This document shows, one piece after another, positions 16,200 through 25,233 of a stretch of DNA of 35,412 nucleotides. The notes below the pieces were generated by a model. That model was not told where the DNA came from. It saw nothing but the letters and a program-made list of their open reading frames with translations, and searched no databases. The translations under genes and the position numbers were made by a program. Every line of letters begins with the position of its first letter. The first letter of the stretch is position 1. Source of the DNA: a virus (Duplodnaviria > Caudoviricetes); the IMG/VR virus record IMGVR_UViG_3300038520_000506, positions 1 to 35,412 of that record; one strand, 5' to 3'.

Positions 16200-16682
16200 A
16201 TGGCTAATACCACGTTCAACGGACCAGTCCGTTCTGAGAATGGTTTCAAGACCATTATCAAAAACGCTACGACAGGCGCTCTCACGAATGAGATGACCCT
16301 GTCCACATACAGCACTTCCATCACCATCGCGGCTTCCGGCACTGATCATAAAGAGTCGTCAATCGGTATCCCGTCCAACTTTATCCCTATGGGTGTTGCC
16401 ATTACGGTAACCAGCGCAGCGGCTAACAATGTGAACTTGGTTGACATTGGAACAGACGCTGACACAGATGGCTTTGTTGACGGCATCTCTGTTGCTATCA
16501 ACGCCACTGGCTTCAAGGGCTTCTTCCCTTGCAATGGTGTGCTTGGCATGTCTGGTGGTGCGACTACTGCTGCCACAGAGACTGCTGATGAGGTCGAGGT
16601 TGTAATCTCAGGCGCAGCAGGTGCTGGCGGCGTTATTGCTCTCAAGTTCTTCGGTATCGCATCCGACTCTCCGACTGCTTAG
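16200..16682 (+). CDS. Putative virion structural protein
   Basis: MANTTFNGPVRSENGF; A/G/T-rich; AGGAG SD. Confidence 0.75.
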   Translation: MANTTFNGPVRSENGFKTIIKNATTGALTNEMTLSTYSTSITIAASGTDHKESSIGIPSNFIPMGVAITVTSAAANNVNLVDIGTDADTDGFVDGISVAINATGFKGFFPCNGVLGMSGGATTAATETADEVEVVISGAAGAGGVIALKFFGIASDSPTA

Positions 16683-16694
16683 TAGGAGGTCATC

Positions 16695-16973
16695 ATGGCA
16701 ATGTCTGATGTATTCGCGGTAACCAAGACAGCGGACGCTACGGTGTACGATGGCAGAGTTCGTGTGCGTCAGATCCAAGTCAAGACAGCCGGTTCAGGCA
16801 GCCCCCAAGTCGTTCTCAAGGACGGGGGTTCTGGCGGGACAACAAAGTTAGATGTTGCCTTTGGTACATCTAGCACCTTCTCGGTGAATATTCCTGACAA
16901 CGGAATATTGTTTGAATCTGATGTGTATCTGGATCTGACGGCCTGCTCTAGCGTGACGGTGTTTCTTTCGTAG
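16695..16973 (+). CDS. Small beta-rich structural protein
   Basis: AGGAGG SD; position in the late operon. Confidence 0.75.
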   Translation: MAMSDVFAVTKTADATVYDGRVRVRQIQVKTAGSGSPQVVLKDGGSGGTTKLDVAFGTSSTFSVNIPDNGILFESDVYLDLTACSSVTVFLS

Positions 16974-16981
16974 GGGCAATC

Positions 16982-17266
16982 ATGGCAGAGCGTAAGGCTA
17001 AGATGCCCCCCAGAAACAAGAAGAACTTCCGTCCCACAAAGTCCGGCGCTGGCATGACAAAGGCTGGCGTTGCGGCTTACAGGCGTAAAAACCCCGGTAG
17101 CAAGCTGAAGACAGCGGTTACAGGCAAGGTAAAACCCGGAAGTGCAGCAGCGAAGCGCAGGAAGTCTTTCTGCGCCCGTTCTGCTGGGCAAATGAAAAAG
17201 TTCCCGAAGGCTGCAAAGAATCCAAACAGCAGGCTTCGTCAGGCTAGGAAGAGATGGAAATGCTGA
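16982..17266 (+). CDS. Highly basic protein (RRKSFCARS...RKRWKC; DUF6321-like)
   Basis: K/R-rich; motif recalled from marine phage late regions. Confidence 0.7.
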   Translation: MAERKAKMPPRNKKNFRPTKSGAGMTKAGVAAYRRKNPGSKLKTAVTGKVKPGSAAAKRRKSFCARSAGQMKKFPKAAKNPNSRLRQARKRWKC

Positions 17267-17517
17267 GTTCTAAATTCATAGCCGGAACTTTGTTCGTGTC
17301 CGTTGTGGGCATGTGCGCCACTGGCGTCACATGGATATCCTCTACGCTGATAGGCGTGGACAAGAGCGTTGCTGTTATGTCTGTAAAGATCGATGACAAC
17401 AGTCAGAAGATCGATGAGCTACACAGCATGTTGAAACCAATGTGGGAAGAGTTCACAGGAAGGAGCTACGATGGCAATGTCGCGAGCTTCCATGCAACAG
17501 CAGTTAAAGGGGAATAG
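17254..17517 (+). CDS. Small protein with N-terminal TM helix and coiled coil
   Basis: Hydrophobic FIAGTLFVSVVGMCATGVTWI followed by heptads. Confidence 0.6.
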   Translation: MEMLSSKFIAGTLFVSVVGMCATGVTWISSTLIGVDKSVAVMSVKIDDNSQKIDELHSMLKPMWEEFTGRSYDGNVASFHATAVKGE

Positions 17518-18034
17518 GATGAAGAAGAAAAAGACAACTGTATTGCCAAAGTCAATAAGACAGTCTTTGGAGGATGCGTATCAGAGCAATCTAAAAGAAG
17601 AGAATTTTCTGGCACCTAAAAGGTTTGATCCTAAAGGTGGTATTCCAGTTAAGGACAGTAAAGTCCGCAAGAAAAGAGCCTACAACAGGACTATAAAAGA
17701 AAACCCAAAGGCCGTCGCAAGAATTAACAAGAAGGCGCAGCAAAACAAAAATGTTGGCGGTTTCCTAGAGACATTCTCCCCAGCCTACAGCATTGCCAAA
17801 GGCAAGGGTCCGATTGGTGAGGCTGTTCGTGGCGGCAAGGGCATGGGCATTCTTGGAATGTTGGCCAGCCAAGCTGACAAGGGAAAGAAAAAGGCTGGCT
17901 CAGACGCGATGAAGGCTGACGCCATGGTTGGAGCCGACAGGATGTCTGGTGGTGGCAAGGTGGTGAAGTCAAAGCGCACGCGCTCTATTGACGGCATTGC
18001 CACAAGAGGAAAGACCCGTGGCACCCAGCGGTAA
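17471..18034 (+). CDS. Basic protein with xxGG motifs
   Basis: MAMSRASM..Q start; KNVGG, MSGGG; C-terminal DGIATRGKTRG. Confidence 0.7.
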   Translation: MAMSRASMQQQLKGNRMKKKKTTVLPKSIRQSLEDAYQSNLKEENFLAPKRFDPKGGIPVKDSKVRKKRAYNRTIKENPKAVARINKKAQQNKNVGGFLETFSPAYSIAKGKGPIGEAVRGGKGMGILGMLASQADKGKKKAGSDAMKADAMVGADRMSGGGKVVKSKRTRSIDGIATRGKTRGTQR

Positions 18035-18287
18035 GCGCAACTACAGGTCTGAGTACAAGAACTACCAGTCCGCTACGAGCCAGAAGAAGGCTAGGGCTGG
18101 CAGGAATACGGCAAGGCGCAAGATGGCGGCTGTCGGGAAGGTGAGAAAGGGTGACGGTAAGGATGTCGCCCACAGGAATGGAAACCCTAGGGACAACAGA
18201 AAGTCTAATCTGAAGGTTGTCTCTGCTTCCAAGAACAGGTCTTTTAGGCGCACAAGAACCGCAGGGAAGGCAAACAGGAGAGCATAG
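18018..18287 (+). CDS. Basic HNH-like protein
   Basis: KDVAHRNGNPRDNRKSNLKVVSASKNRS (H-N-N); GTG start after GAGG. Confidence 0.65.
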   Translation: MAPSGKRNYRSEYKNYQSATSQKKARAGRNTARRKMAAVGKVRKGDGKDVAHRNGNPRDNRKSNLKVVSASKNRSFRRTRTAGKANRRA

Positions 18288-18296
18288 GAGGTTCTG

Positions 18297-18662
18297 ATGA
18301 GAGCGGCAAAGATGCTCTGCAAGAACAAGAAGAAGCCGGTTGCTTTATCTAAGGGCGGTAGGGTCAAGAATCCTATGGCCAAAGAGTTAGGGCAGGGCAA
18401 GTTTCGTCCTAGTGTAGTGAAGCCTAAGAAAGGAAAGGGTTCTTACACTAGAAAGGGCAAGGTTGCTGGGTATTCATCTGGGGGCAAGACAAAGTCCAAG
18501 GTGAATGAGGCTGGCAACTACACAAAACCGGGCATGCGTAAACGGCTCTTCAACAGGATCAAGGCTGGCGGAAAGGGTGGCGCTCCGGGTCAGTGGTCGG
18601 CCAGAAAAGCTCAAATGCTTGCGTCTGCCTATAAAAAGGCAGGAGGAGGTTACAAAGATTAG
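18297..18662 (+). CDS. Basic protein: ArfA-like segment plus a GQWSARKAQ domain
   Basis: NPMAKEL...FRPSVVKPKKGKGSYTRKGK resembles the ArfA core; C-terminal basic domain. Confidence 0.7.
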   Translation: MRAAKMLCKNKKKPVALSKGGRVKNPMAKELGQGKFRPSVVKPKKGKGSYTRKGKVAGYSSGGKTKSKVNEAGNYTKPGMRKRLFNRIKAGGKGGAPGQWSARKAQMLASAYKKAGGGYKD

Positions 18663-18664
18663 CG

Positions 18665-18853
18665 ATGAAGCATGCTTTTCTCCTCTTCGTTTTCTTGGGC
18701 GTTGGGGAGGACAAGAAGCTCGTTAGCAATGATATGTATTTCGCGGATTTAAACGAGTGTGTTTATTTTTCGCAAAAGCTACACAAACAGGGAGAAAACA
18801 TAACGTCATATTGTCTGCCTAAGATGGTGGATGAGAATGTAAGGATTTACTAA
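18665..18853 (+). CDS. Small hypothetical protein with two Cys
   Basis: Coupled ORF; hydrophobic N-terminus. Confidence 0.6.
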   Translation: MKHAFLLFVFLGVGEDKKLVSNDMYFADLNECVYFSQKLHKQGENITSYCLPKMVDENVRIY

Positions 18854-19551
18854 TGGACCCAATATCTGCAATGGCAACTGCCTCGGCGGCCTTTTCCGCC
18901 TTGAAAAAAGGCTTTGCTATTGGCCGTGATATCGAGTCTATGGCAAGCGATCTGTCAAGGTGGATGGGTGCGCTTTCCGATCTAGATCAGGCCGAAAAAG
19001 AGGCCAAAAACCCCCCTATATTTAAGAAGTTGTTTGGCGGCCAGTCGGTTGAGCAAGAGGCTATCACCGCTTTTACAAACAAGCAAAAGGCCCAGCAGCA
19101 GCGATATGAGTTACAGCAATGGATTAGTCTCACCATGGGCAAATCCAAGTGGGAAGAGCTTGTCCGAATGGAAGGGCAAATACGCAAGCGCAGGCAAGAA
19201 ACGCTTTACAGGCAAAGAGAGAGACGACGTAAGTTCGTGGAGATTGTCGCTTGGATTGTGATGATAGGTGCGGGAATTGCTGTTCTTACGTCATTTGTTT
19301 TGCTTCTCAAGTCACACAGTGCAAATGCAGAGACTTACCCAGAGTATGTGATGTGCCGCCTCAAGGGGTGTGACATCATAGACGACAAGCGTGTTTGTAT
19401 ATATGCTGGTCCGAACAACACTATTGACAGCGTATGGATGGACCCCTCTGAGTATTCGCCAAGAGAGATACAGTGCAAGTACAAGCCGAATGAGAAAAAG
19501 CCGCCAACTTTGAGGGAGACGTTGGAGGCGATTAGGAAATCGAGACAGTGA
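18853..19551 (+). CDS. Membrane-anchored protein with Cys-containing C-terminal domain
   Basis: MDPISA start, coiled coil, TM helix IVAWIVMIGAGIAVLTSFVLLL, four Cys after it. Confidence 0.7.
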   Translation: MDPISAMATASAAFSALKKGFAIGRDIESMASDLSRWMGALSDLDQAEKEAKNPPIFKKLFGGQSVEQEAITAFTNKQKAQQQRYELQQWISLTMGKSKWEELVRMEGQIRKRRQETLYRQRERRRKFVEIVAWIVMIGAGIAVLTSFVLLLKSHSANAETYPEYVMCRLKGCDIIDDKRVCIYAGPNNTIDSVWMDPSEYSPREIQCKYKPNEKKPPTLRETLEAIRKSRQ

Positions 19552-19552
19552 C

Positions 19553-19813
19553 ATGCCTTTGAAGAAATCACAGAGAAGTCTGAAGTCTTGGACGAAACAG
19601 AAGTGGAGGACAAAAAGTGGGAAGCCGTCCACTCAGGGTCCAAAAGCTACCGGGGAAAGATATCTACCGGCTAGTGCCATCAAGTCACTTTCGTCGAAAG
19701 AGTATGCGGCAACGACTAGGGCAAAGCGGAAAGCTAAAAAAGCGGGGAAGCAATTCTCAAGGCAGCCCAAAAAGATTGCCGCCAAGACCAGAGCGCACAG
19801 GAGAACTAGCTAA
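19553..19813 (+). CDS. Highly basic protein (DUF5872-like)
   Basis: SQRSLKSWTKQKWRTKSGKPS...GERYLP; K/R-rich. Confidence 0.7.
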   Translation: MPLKKSQRSLKSWTKQKWRTKSGKPSTQGPKATGERYLPASAIKSLSSKEYAATTRAKRKAKKAGKQFSRQPKKIAAKTRAHRRTS

Positions 19814-20490
19814 TGTCAGTAGTGACGCCTGATCTTCCAGAAATATTTGAAGAAGCCTTTGAGAGGGCTGGCCTTCAAATGACTACGGGATACGATCTCA
19901 AGACAGCCCGAAGAAGCCTCAACCTATTAACACTGGAGTGGCAGAACCGTGGACTTAATCTCTGGACTATTGAGTCTGGTACACAGGCTCTTACGGCGGG
20001 TACGGCATCTTACACGATGCCTACAGATACTATTGATCTCATTGAGCATCAGATTAGAACGGGGAGTGGCACATCTCAACTCGACACTAACGTCACTCGT
20101 ATTAGCGTTTCAACGTATGCTCAACAAGGCTCAAAGAACACTCAGGGCCGTCCTAACCAGATTTATGTAGACCGACAGGCGACACAGGTTGTGGTCACTC
20201 TGTGGCCCGTTCCTGATGTCAACACATACACTCTGGCCTACTACAGGCTGAAGGGTATATCAGGGGTGTCCTCTGGTATCGGGACTACGGCAGATATGCC
20301 GCCAAGGTTTGTGCCTTGTCTTGCGGCTGGATTGGCTTACTACATTGCGATGAAGAAGCCTGAAGTGGCGGGCCGTGTGGCACCGCTTAAACAAGAGTAT
20401 GAGTTCCAGTTTGAACTAGCGGCAAACGAGGATACAGACTCATCATCAATCAAGTTCGTGCCATACAACACATTCTACGCAGGAGGCTGA
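19813..20490 (+). CDS. Putative head-tail adaptor
   Basis: EEAFERAG, ARRSLNLL..EWQNRGLNLW, GRP..Y, LWPVPD. Confidence 0.7.
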   Translation: MSVVTPDLPEIFEEAFERAGLQMTTGYDLKTARRSLNLLTLEWQNRGLNLWTIESGTQALTAGTASYTMPTDTIDLIEHQIRTGSGTSQLDTNVTRISVSTYAQQGSKNTQGRPNQIYVDRQATQVVVTLWPVPDVNTYTLAYYRLKGISGVSSGIGTTADMPPRFVPCLAAGLAYYIAMKKPEVAGRVAPLKQEYEFQFELAANEDTDSSSIKFVPYNTFYAGG

Positions 20491-20491
20491 G

Positions 20492-21418
20492 ATGCCAACA
20501 TACAGAACTAAAACGGGCAGCAAGATCAAAGAAAAGAAGCCTATACCAAGGATCACACAAAAACTTCTCGGAATGAAAAATGTTCGTAAGACAGCTAAAA
20601 AGAAAGCTGGTGGCCCCATGAAAAAGAAGGGCTACGCCATGGGTGGTGCCATGAAGAAAAAAGGCATGAAGAAGGGCGGAAAGCTCAAGATGGTTACCAA
20701 TGATCAGGGTCAAAAGGTTCCGTTCTTCGCTGCTGACGGCAAAGGCAAGATGGCCAAAGGCGGTATGATGAAGAAGAAGGGCTACGCCATGGGCGGGGCT
20801 ATGAAGAAGAAGGGCATGAAAAAAGGCGGCATGATGAAGAAGAAAGGTTATGCCAAAGGCGGATCTGTAAAGGTCAAGTCTGGCGACACCCTGTCTCAGA
20901 TTGCAAAGTCTAGAGGCATGACCGTCAAAGCCCTGCTTGACGCAAACCCCGGCATTAAGAACGCAAACATGATCCGTGTAGGACAGAGCATCAAGATACC
21001 GGGCGCTGCTGCTGGCGCTGGCGCTAAGTCAAAGAATCCTTTCAAGGGCATGACGAGGACGCAGATGGCCATGCTTGGCTCTAAGGATAAGGGCAAGCAG
21101 AGGGCGGCTACGAGTGGAGCTAGGGCGCAGACAAGGACAACCCCCACCAGTGCAGCCAAGGTCAAGGCATCTAAGGACGGCACTGCTTCGGCAATGGCTA
21201 AAGCTCGCGCTCGTCGTGGGGCTGCTAAGAAGGTTCCGATGCCAACACCGAAGCCAGCAAAGCCCAAGGTCAGCCGCCGCACAGGCAGAAAGGCCATGGG
21301 CGGTATGATGAAGAAAAAAGGCATGTCCAAGGGCGGCGCTATGAAGAGGTCAAAGGGCGGCACTGTTCGTGGTGCAGGCGCGGCGACCAGAGGCAAGAGG
21401 TTTGGTAGAGCCGGATAA
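20492..21418 (+). CDS. LysM-domain protein within K/M/G-rich repeats
   Basis: VKVKSGDTLSQIAKSRGMTVKALLDANPGIKNANMIRVGQSIKIP is a LysM; repeated MKKKGxxxGG. Confidence 0.85.
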   Translation: MPTYRTKTGSKIKEKKPIPRITQKLLGMKNVRKTAKKKAGGPMKKKGYAMGGAMKKKGMKKGGKLKMVTNDQGQKVPFFAADGKGKMAKGGMMKKKGYAMGGAMKKKGMKKGGMMKKKGYAKGGSVKVKSGDTLSQIAKSRGMTVKALLDANPGIKNANMIRVGQSIKIPGAAAGAGAKSKNPFKGMTRTQMAMLGSKDKGKQRAATSGARAQTRTTPTSAAKVKASKDGTASAMAKARARRGAAKKVPMPTPKPAKPKVSRRTGRKAMGGMMKKKGMSKGGAMKRSKGGTVRGAGAATRGKRFGRAG

Positions 21419-21420
21419 TA

Positions 21421-22230
21421 ATGGCAAACGCTAGGGGTAAATACGCATTTGGTTTTTGCGACAGGACAGGGTTCAGATACTCTCTGGATCAGCTTGTTGA
21501 CGAGTACCAGAATGGCGTGAAGACCGGCCTCAAGGTTGGCTTTGATGTCGTCGATCCTGATCATCCTCAGAACTTTCTGGGGAGAGTCAGGGTCGATGAC
21601 CCTCAATCGTTGAGGGAGCCAAGGCCAGAAAACAAGATAGAGGGTGTGGATATAAGATTCCCCACCTTCAATCTTGAGACTATTGAGTCCATACCAATTC
21701 CAATAATGAACGCTTTTGCGGGCGTGGTTACCACCAGTGGCACAACCACTGTTCAGCCGATCAGCGTGACGTTGCCTAGTGTTTCAGCGACTGTATCTTT
21801 GGGAACCATATCAGCACAAGGCTCCATAGCCGTAAGCGTCTCTCTCACTGGCGTATCATCCACCGTTTCGCTTGGAACCATCTCTGTAAGCGCAGGCGTT
21901 ACAACGTATGCAGTCACTGTGGCGTCCTACTATGGGGCAAACAAGTATTACATCGATGGTGTCCGCCAAGCGACCGTCAACCTCAGTGAGGGAAGCACAT
22001 ATAGATTTGATCAGTCTGACAATACAAACTCTGGGCATCCTCTCAGATTTTCTACAACATCTAACGGCACACATGCCGGGGGTAGCGAGTACACTACGGG
22101 AGTGACAACCAATGGTGTGCCGGGTAACGCTGGGGCGTACACACAGATCACAGTGGCGGTTGGCGCTCCCACTTTGTATTATTACTGCACACAACATAGT
22201 GGCATGGGCGGAACTGCAAACACGCCGTAG
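21421..22230 (+). CDS. Virion protein with a cupredoxin-like C-terminal domain
   Basis: HPLRFST and LYYYCTQHSGMG; S/T/V-rich linker. Confidence 0.7.
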   Translation: MANARGKYAFGFCDRTGFRYSLDQLVDEYQNGVKTGLKVGFDVVDPDHPQNFLGRVRVDDPQSLREPRPENKIEGVDIRFPTFNLETIESIPIPIMNAFAGVVTTSGTTTVQPISVTLPSVSATVSLGTISAQGSIAVSVSLTGVSSTVSLGTISVSAGVTTYAVTVASYYGANKYYIDGVRQATVNLSEGSTYRFDQSDNTNSGHPLRFSTTSNGTHAGGSEYTTGVTTNGVPGNAGAYTQITVAVGAPTLYYYCTQHSGMGGTANTP

Positions 22231-22239
22231 GAGAAGAAA

Positions 22240-22665
22240 ATGGCTATCACAACAGCAGTCTGTACGAGTTTTAAGAAAGAGCTTCTTGAAGGCGTACACA
22301 ACTTTGCAGGCGGGGGCGATACATTCAAGGTGGCGCTCTACACCAGCAGCGCAACGCTTGGCGCATCTACCACTGCGTACAGCACAAACAACGAGGTAAG
22401 TGGGACTGGATATAGCGCAGGCGGAGCAACCCTGACTGCCGTAGCCCCAACCACCAGCGGCACAACAGCATACATTGATTTCAATGATGTGACGTTCTCA
22501 AGCTCTACAATCACGGCTCGTGGATGCCTGATATACAACAGCACTGACTCAAACAAAGCGGTTGCTGTGTTTGACTTTGGGTCTGATCAGGCGTCAAGTA
22601 GCTCTAACTTTACAATCACATTCCCAACTGGTGATGCGAACAATGCCATTGTAAGGATAGCCTGA
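22240..22665 (+). CDS. Virion structural protein
   Basis: SFKKELLEGVHNF...FKVALYT...NEVSGTGYSAGG. Confidence 0.75.
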   Translation: MAITTAVCTSFKKELLEGVHNFAGGGDTFKVALYTSSATLGASTTAYSTNNEVSGTGYSAGGATLTAVAPTTSGTTAYIDFNDVTFSSSTITARGCLIYNSTDSNKAVAVFDFGSDQASSSSNFTITFPTGDANNAIVRIA

Positions 22666-23339
22666 TGTCGTTCACTTACGCGCAACTCAAGACAGCCATT
22701 CAGGATTTCACTGAAAACACGGAAACGTCATTCGTGACGAATCTGCCTGTGTTCATCAGGTCGGCTGAGGAGCGCATACTCAAGTCCGTGGATTTGGACA
22801 ACTTTAGAAAGAACGCAACATCTGCGACGACTAATGGAGATGAGTACATATCCATGCCATCTGATTTTTTGGCACCGTTCTCATTCTTCATCAGCACCGT
22901 TGGTTCTGAGGGCTTTCTTTTAGAGAAGGATGTGAACTTCATCAGAGAGGCATACCCCAACAGAGCCACTACAGCCCTGCCAAAATACTACGGCATATTC
23001 GATGCAAAGGCTGATGCCAGCGGAAATGTTACCGGTAACTTTATTCTTGGCCCAACGCCCAACTCAAACTATGCAGTTGAGTTGCATTACTTTTATAGAC
23101 CGGCCAGTCTTACATCAGGGTCTGATTCAAGCTATAGTTGGCTGAGTGACAACGCGCCAAACGCTTTATTGTACGCCTCAATAATAGAGGCATATACATA
23201 CATGAAGGGCGAGACAGATCTGATCCAGTTGTACGAGGGACGATATGCGGAGAGTCTGGGCAGACTAAAAGACCTAGCTGAGGCTCGTGAAAATGACGAC
23301 GCTTACAGGCAGGGATTGCCTAGAATGCCACGGACATAA
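22665..23339 (+). CDS. Putative head-tail adaptor / tail tubular protein
   Basis: TYAQLKTAIQDF, GPTP...Y.VELHY, WLSDNAPNALLY. Confidence 0.7.
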   Translation: MSFTYAQLKTAIQDFTENTETSFVTNLPVFIRSAEERILKSVDLDNFRKNATSATTNGDEYISMPSDFLAPFSFFISTVGSEGFLLEKDVNFIREAYPNRATTALPKYYGIFDAKADASGNVTGNFILGPTPNSNYAVELHYFYRPASLTSGSDSSYSWLSDNAPNALLYASIIEAYTYMKGETDLIQLYEGRYAESLGRLKDLAEARENDDAYRQGLPRMPRT

Positions 23340-23349
23340 GGAGTAGATC

Positions 23350-23793
23350 ATGGCAACCTCAAATGCAGCAACCACATATCTTGAGCATCGGTTGCTAAAC
23401 TTTTTGTTCAAGAACAACGCAATCAGTTTTGCCTCACCCGGCAACAGTATCTATGTCGGCCTTGCAACCGCTGTATCTAACGCAGAAGCAGGCACCCTGA
23501 CAGAGGTAAACACCTCGACGCAGGATTCTAACTATGCGCGACAGCAGGTCAACGCAGCGGGCTGGACACTGGCTTCTTCTTCTACAGATCAGCAGACTGT
23601 AGTGAACGCTGCAAACATAGAGTTCGCTGCTTCAAGCGGCGGGGCCACCTATACCGTAACACATGCTTTCATCGCAGACGCAGCAACCAGTGGTAACATC
23701 CTGTTTGTCGGTGCGCTGGACGCATCTAAGGCGATTGCATCGGGTGATATCTTCCGTATCAATGCGGGGAATCTAACTATCGAGTTGAAGTAA
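23350..23793 (+). CDS. Virion structural / tail protein
   Basis: YVGLAT, YARQ, DAATSGNILF; distantly similar to 22240..22665. Confidence 0.7.
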   Translation: MATSNAATTYLEHRLLNFLFKNNAISFASPGNSIYVGLATAVSNAEAGTLTEVNTSTQDSNYARQQVNAAGWTLASSSTDQQTVVNAANIEFAASSGGATYTVTHAFIADAATSGNILFVGALDASKAIASGDIFRINAGNLTIELK

Positions 23794-24174
23794 ATGGCAC
23801 TTGTTCTCAAAGATCGTCTGAAGGAGACCACTACAACCACCGGCACTGGCACTTATACACTAGCTGGTGCCGTTACTGGTTTTGAGGCTTTCTCTCAGAT
23901 TGGCAACGGGAACACGACCTATTACTGCTGCACGGATGGTACAGACTTTGAGATCGGAATCGGAACATATGCGTCGTCAGGCACGACGTTGGCTCGCACC
24001 ACGATCCTACAAAGCTCTAACAGTGACAATGCTGTTAGCTGGTCCTCTGGTACGCGCACTGTCTTCTGTACGCTGCCTGCTGAAAAGATGATCTTCAATG
24101 ATGCTAGTAATGTGGCGCAAAACTTTACAGAGCAAGATCCGAATGCGTTAGCGTTCGCGATAGCGTTAGGATAG
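23794..24174 (+). CDS. Tail-associated protein
   Basis: MALVLKDRLKETTTTTGTG; ends AFAIALG. Confidence 0.75.
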   Translation: MALVLKDRLKETTTTTGTGTYTLAGAVTGFEAFSQIGNGNTTYYCCTDGTDFEIGIGTYASSGTTLARTTILQSSNSDNAVSWSSGTRTVFCTLPAEKMIFNDASNVAQNFTEQDPNALAFAIALG

Positions 24175-24178
24175 TGAC

Positions 24179-24508
24179 ATGGCAAATGCGTTTAAGACTT
24201 TCACAGACACGGCGGTAGGCACCGGAAACGCAGATGTCTACACCTGCCCATCTGCCACCGAGACAACCATCATTGGCTTGAACATAGCCAACATCCTGAC
24301 CGTTTCTATCACAGTCAATGTCCAGCTTATCAACAACGACGGCGACAATGTCCATATCGTCAAGTCGGCTATCGTGCCTGTAGGCTCGTCGCTGGTTGCG
24401 GCGGGTGGCGACCAGAAGATTGTGATGAACGCGAGTGATATCCTACGGATTACCGCAAGTCAGGCGTCAGCCGCTGATGTAACCCTGTCGGTACTGGAGA
24501 TAACCTGA
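24179..24508 (+). CDS. Tail-associated protein
   Basis: MANAFK...SVLEIT, beta-rich. Confidence 0.75.
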   Translation: MANAFKTFTDTAVGTGNADVYTCPSATETTIIGLNIANILTVSITVNVQLINNDGDNVHIVKSAIVPVGSSLVAAGGDQKIVMNASDILRITASQASAADVTLSVLEIT

Positions 24509-24720
24509 TGGCGCTATCTACTGTATCAACAAATCAGCTTACAGACGCGACGGTCAAGAACGAGGACATGCAGGCCAGCACGGCGGCAAACCCGTTCCGC
24601 ACTAACGCCACCAGCATCACTAGCGACCTAACGATTGCATCGACAGAGAACGCCGGATGCTTTGGCCCGATTACCGTGTCCGCGACGATTACGATTAACG
24701 GAGTGCTGACCATTGTCTAG
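24508..24720 (+). CDS. Small tail protein, paralog of the 28976 C-terminus
   Basis: FRTN..SI..D.TI....NA...GPIT shared with 28976..29710. Confidence 0.7.
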   Translation: MALSTVSTNQLTDATVKNEDMQASTAANPFRTNATSITSDLTIASTENAGCFGPITVSATITINGVLTIV

Positions 24721-25231
24721 TCGTATTTTGGTTGATGAGATTTTTGGCAAGACCGCGAACACAACCGCGTTGACGATTGATAGCACGGGTCGTGTACAGA
24801 TGCCCGTTGTTCCGGCTTGGAGAGTGGGGAAAACGAGTAACCAAGATGTTTCGGCAACCGGTGATACACTTATCACATTTAATGAAACTGACACCGATAA
24901 CTGTTTTTTACAGGGGGGCGTAACGCTTTCTTCTAATGTAGTAACAGTACCTGTTGCTGGTGTTTATCAAGTCAATTTTGTATGTAGGGTTGATGGTATA
25001 GGGTCTGGGTATGTTGTTGCCAGACTGCAAAAAAACGCAGTGGCTTCTGGGAACTCTGACACTTACTGCATTGTGGGCGATGGAGCAAGCGGCAACTATG
25101 AAAATCTAACCATGTCAGATGTTTTCAAGGCTGATGCAGGTGACAACTTTAGGGTCCTCTTTTACGCAAGCAATGATAACGCATACACCATAAATAACAA
25201 CACTACTTTCAGTGGGCATTTGGTGGGTTAG
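24713..25231 (+). CDS. C1q/TNF-like tail adhesin
   Basis: ILVDEI...LTIDSTG anchor; TVPVAGVYQVNF...FSGHLVG. Confidence 0.75.
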   Translation: MSSRILVDEIFGKTANTTALTIDSTGRVQMPVVPAWRVGKTSNQDVSATGDTLITFNETDTDNCFLQGGVTLSSNVVTVPVAGVYQVNFVCRVDGIGSGYVVARLQKNAVASGNSDTYCIVGDGASGNYENLTMSDVFKADAGDNFRVLFYASNDNAYTINNNTTFSGHLVG

Positions 25232-25233
25232 AC

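Noticed and set aside
15306-16349. 347-aa antisense ORF over the capsid gene
   Set aside because: Shadow of biased codon usage in the capsid gene; crosses a terminator; no motifs
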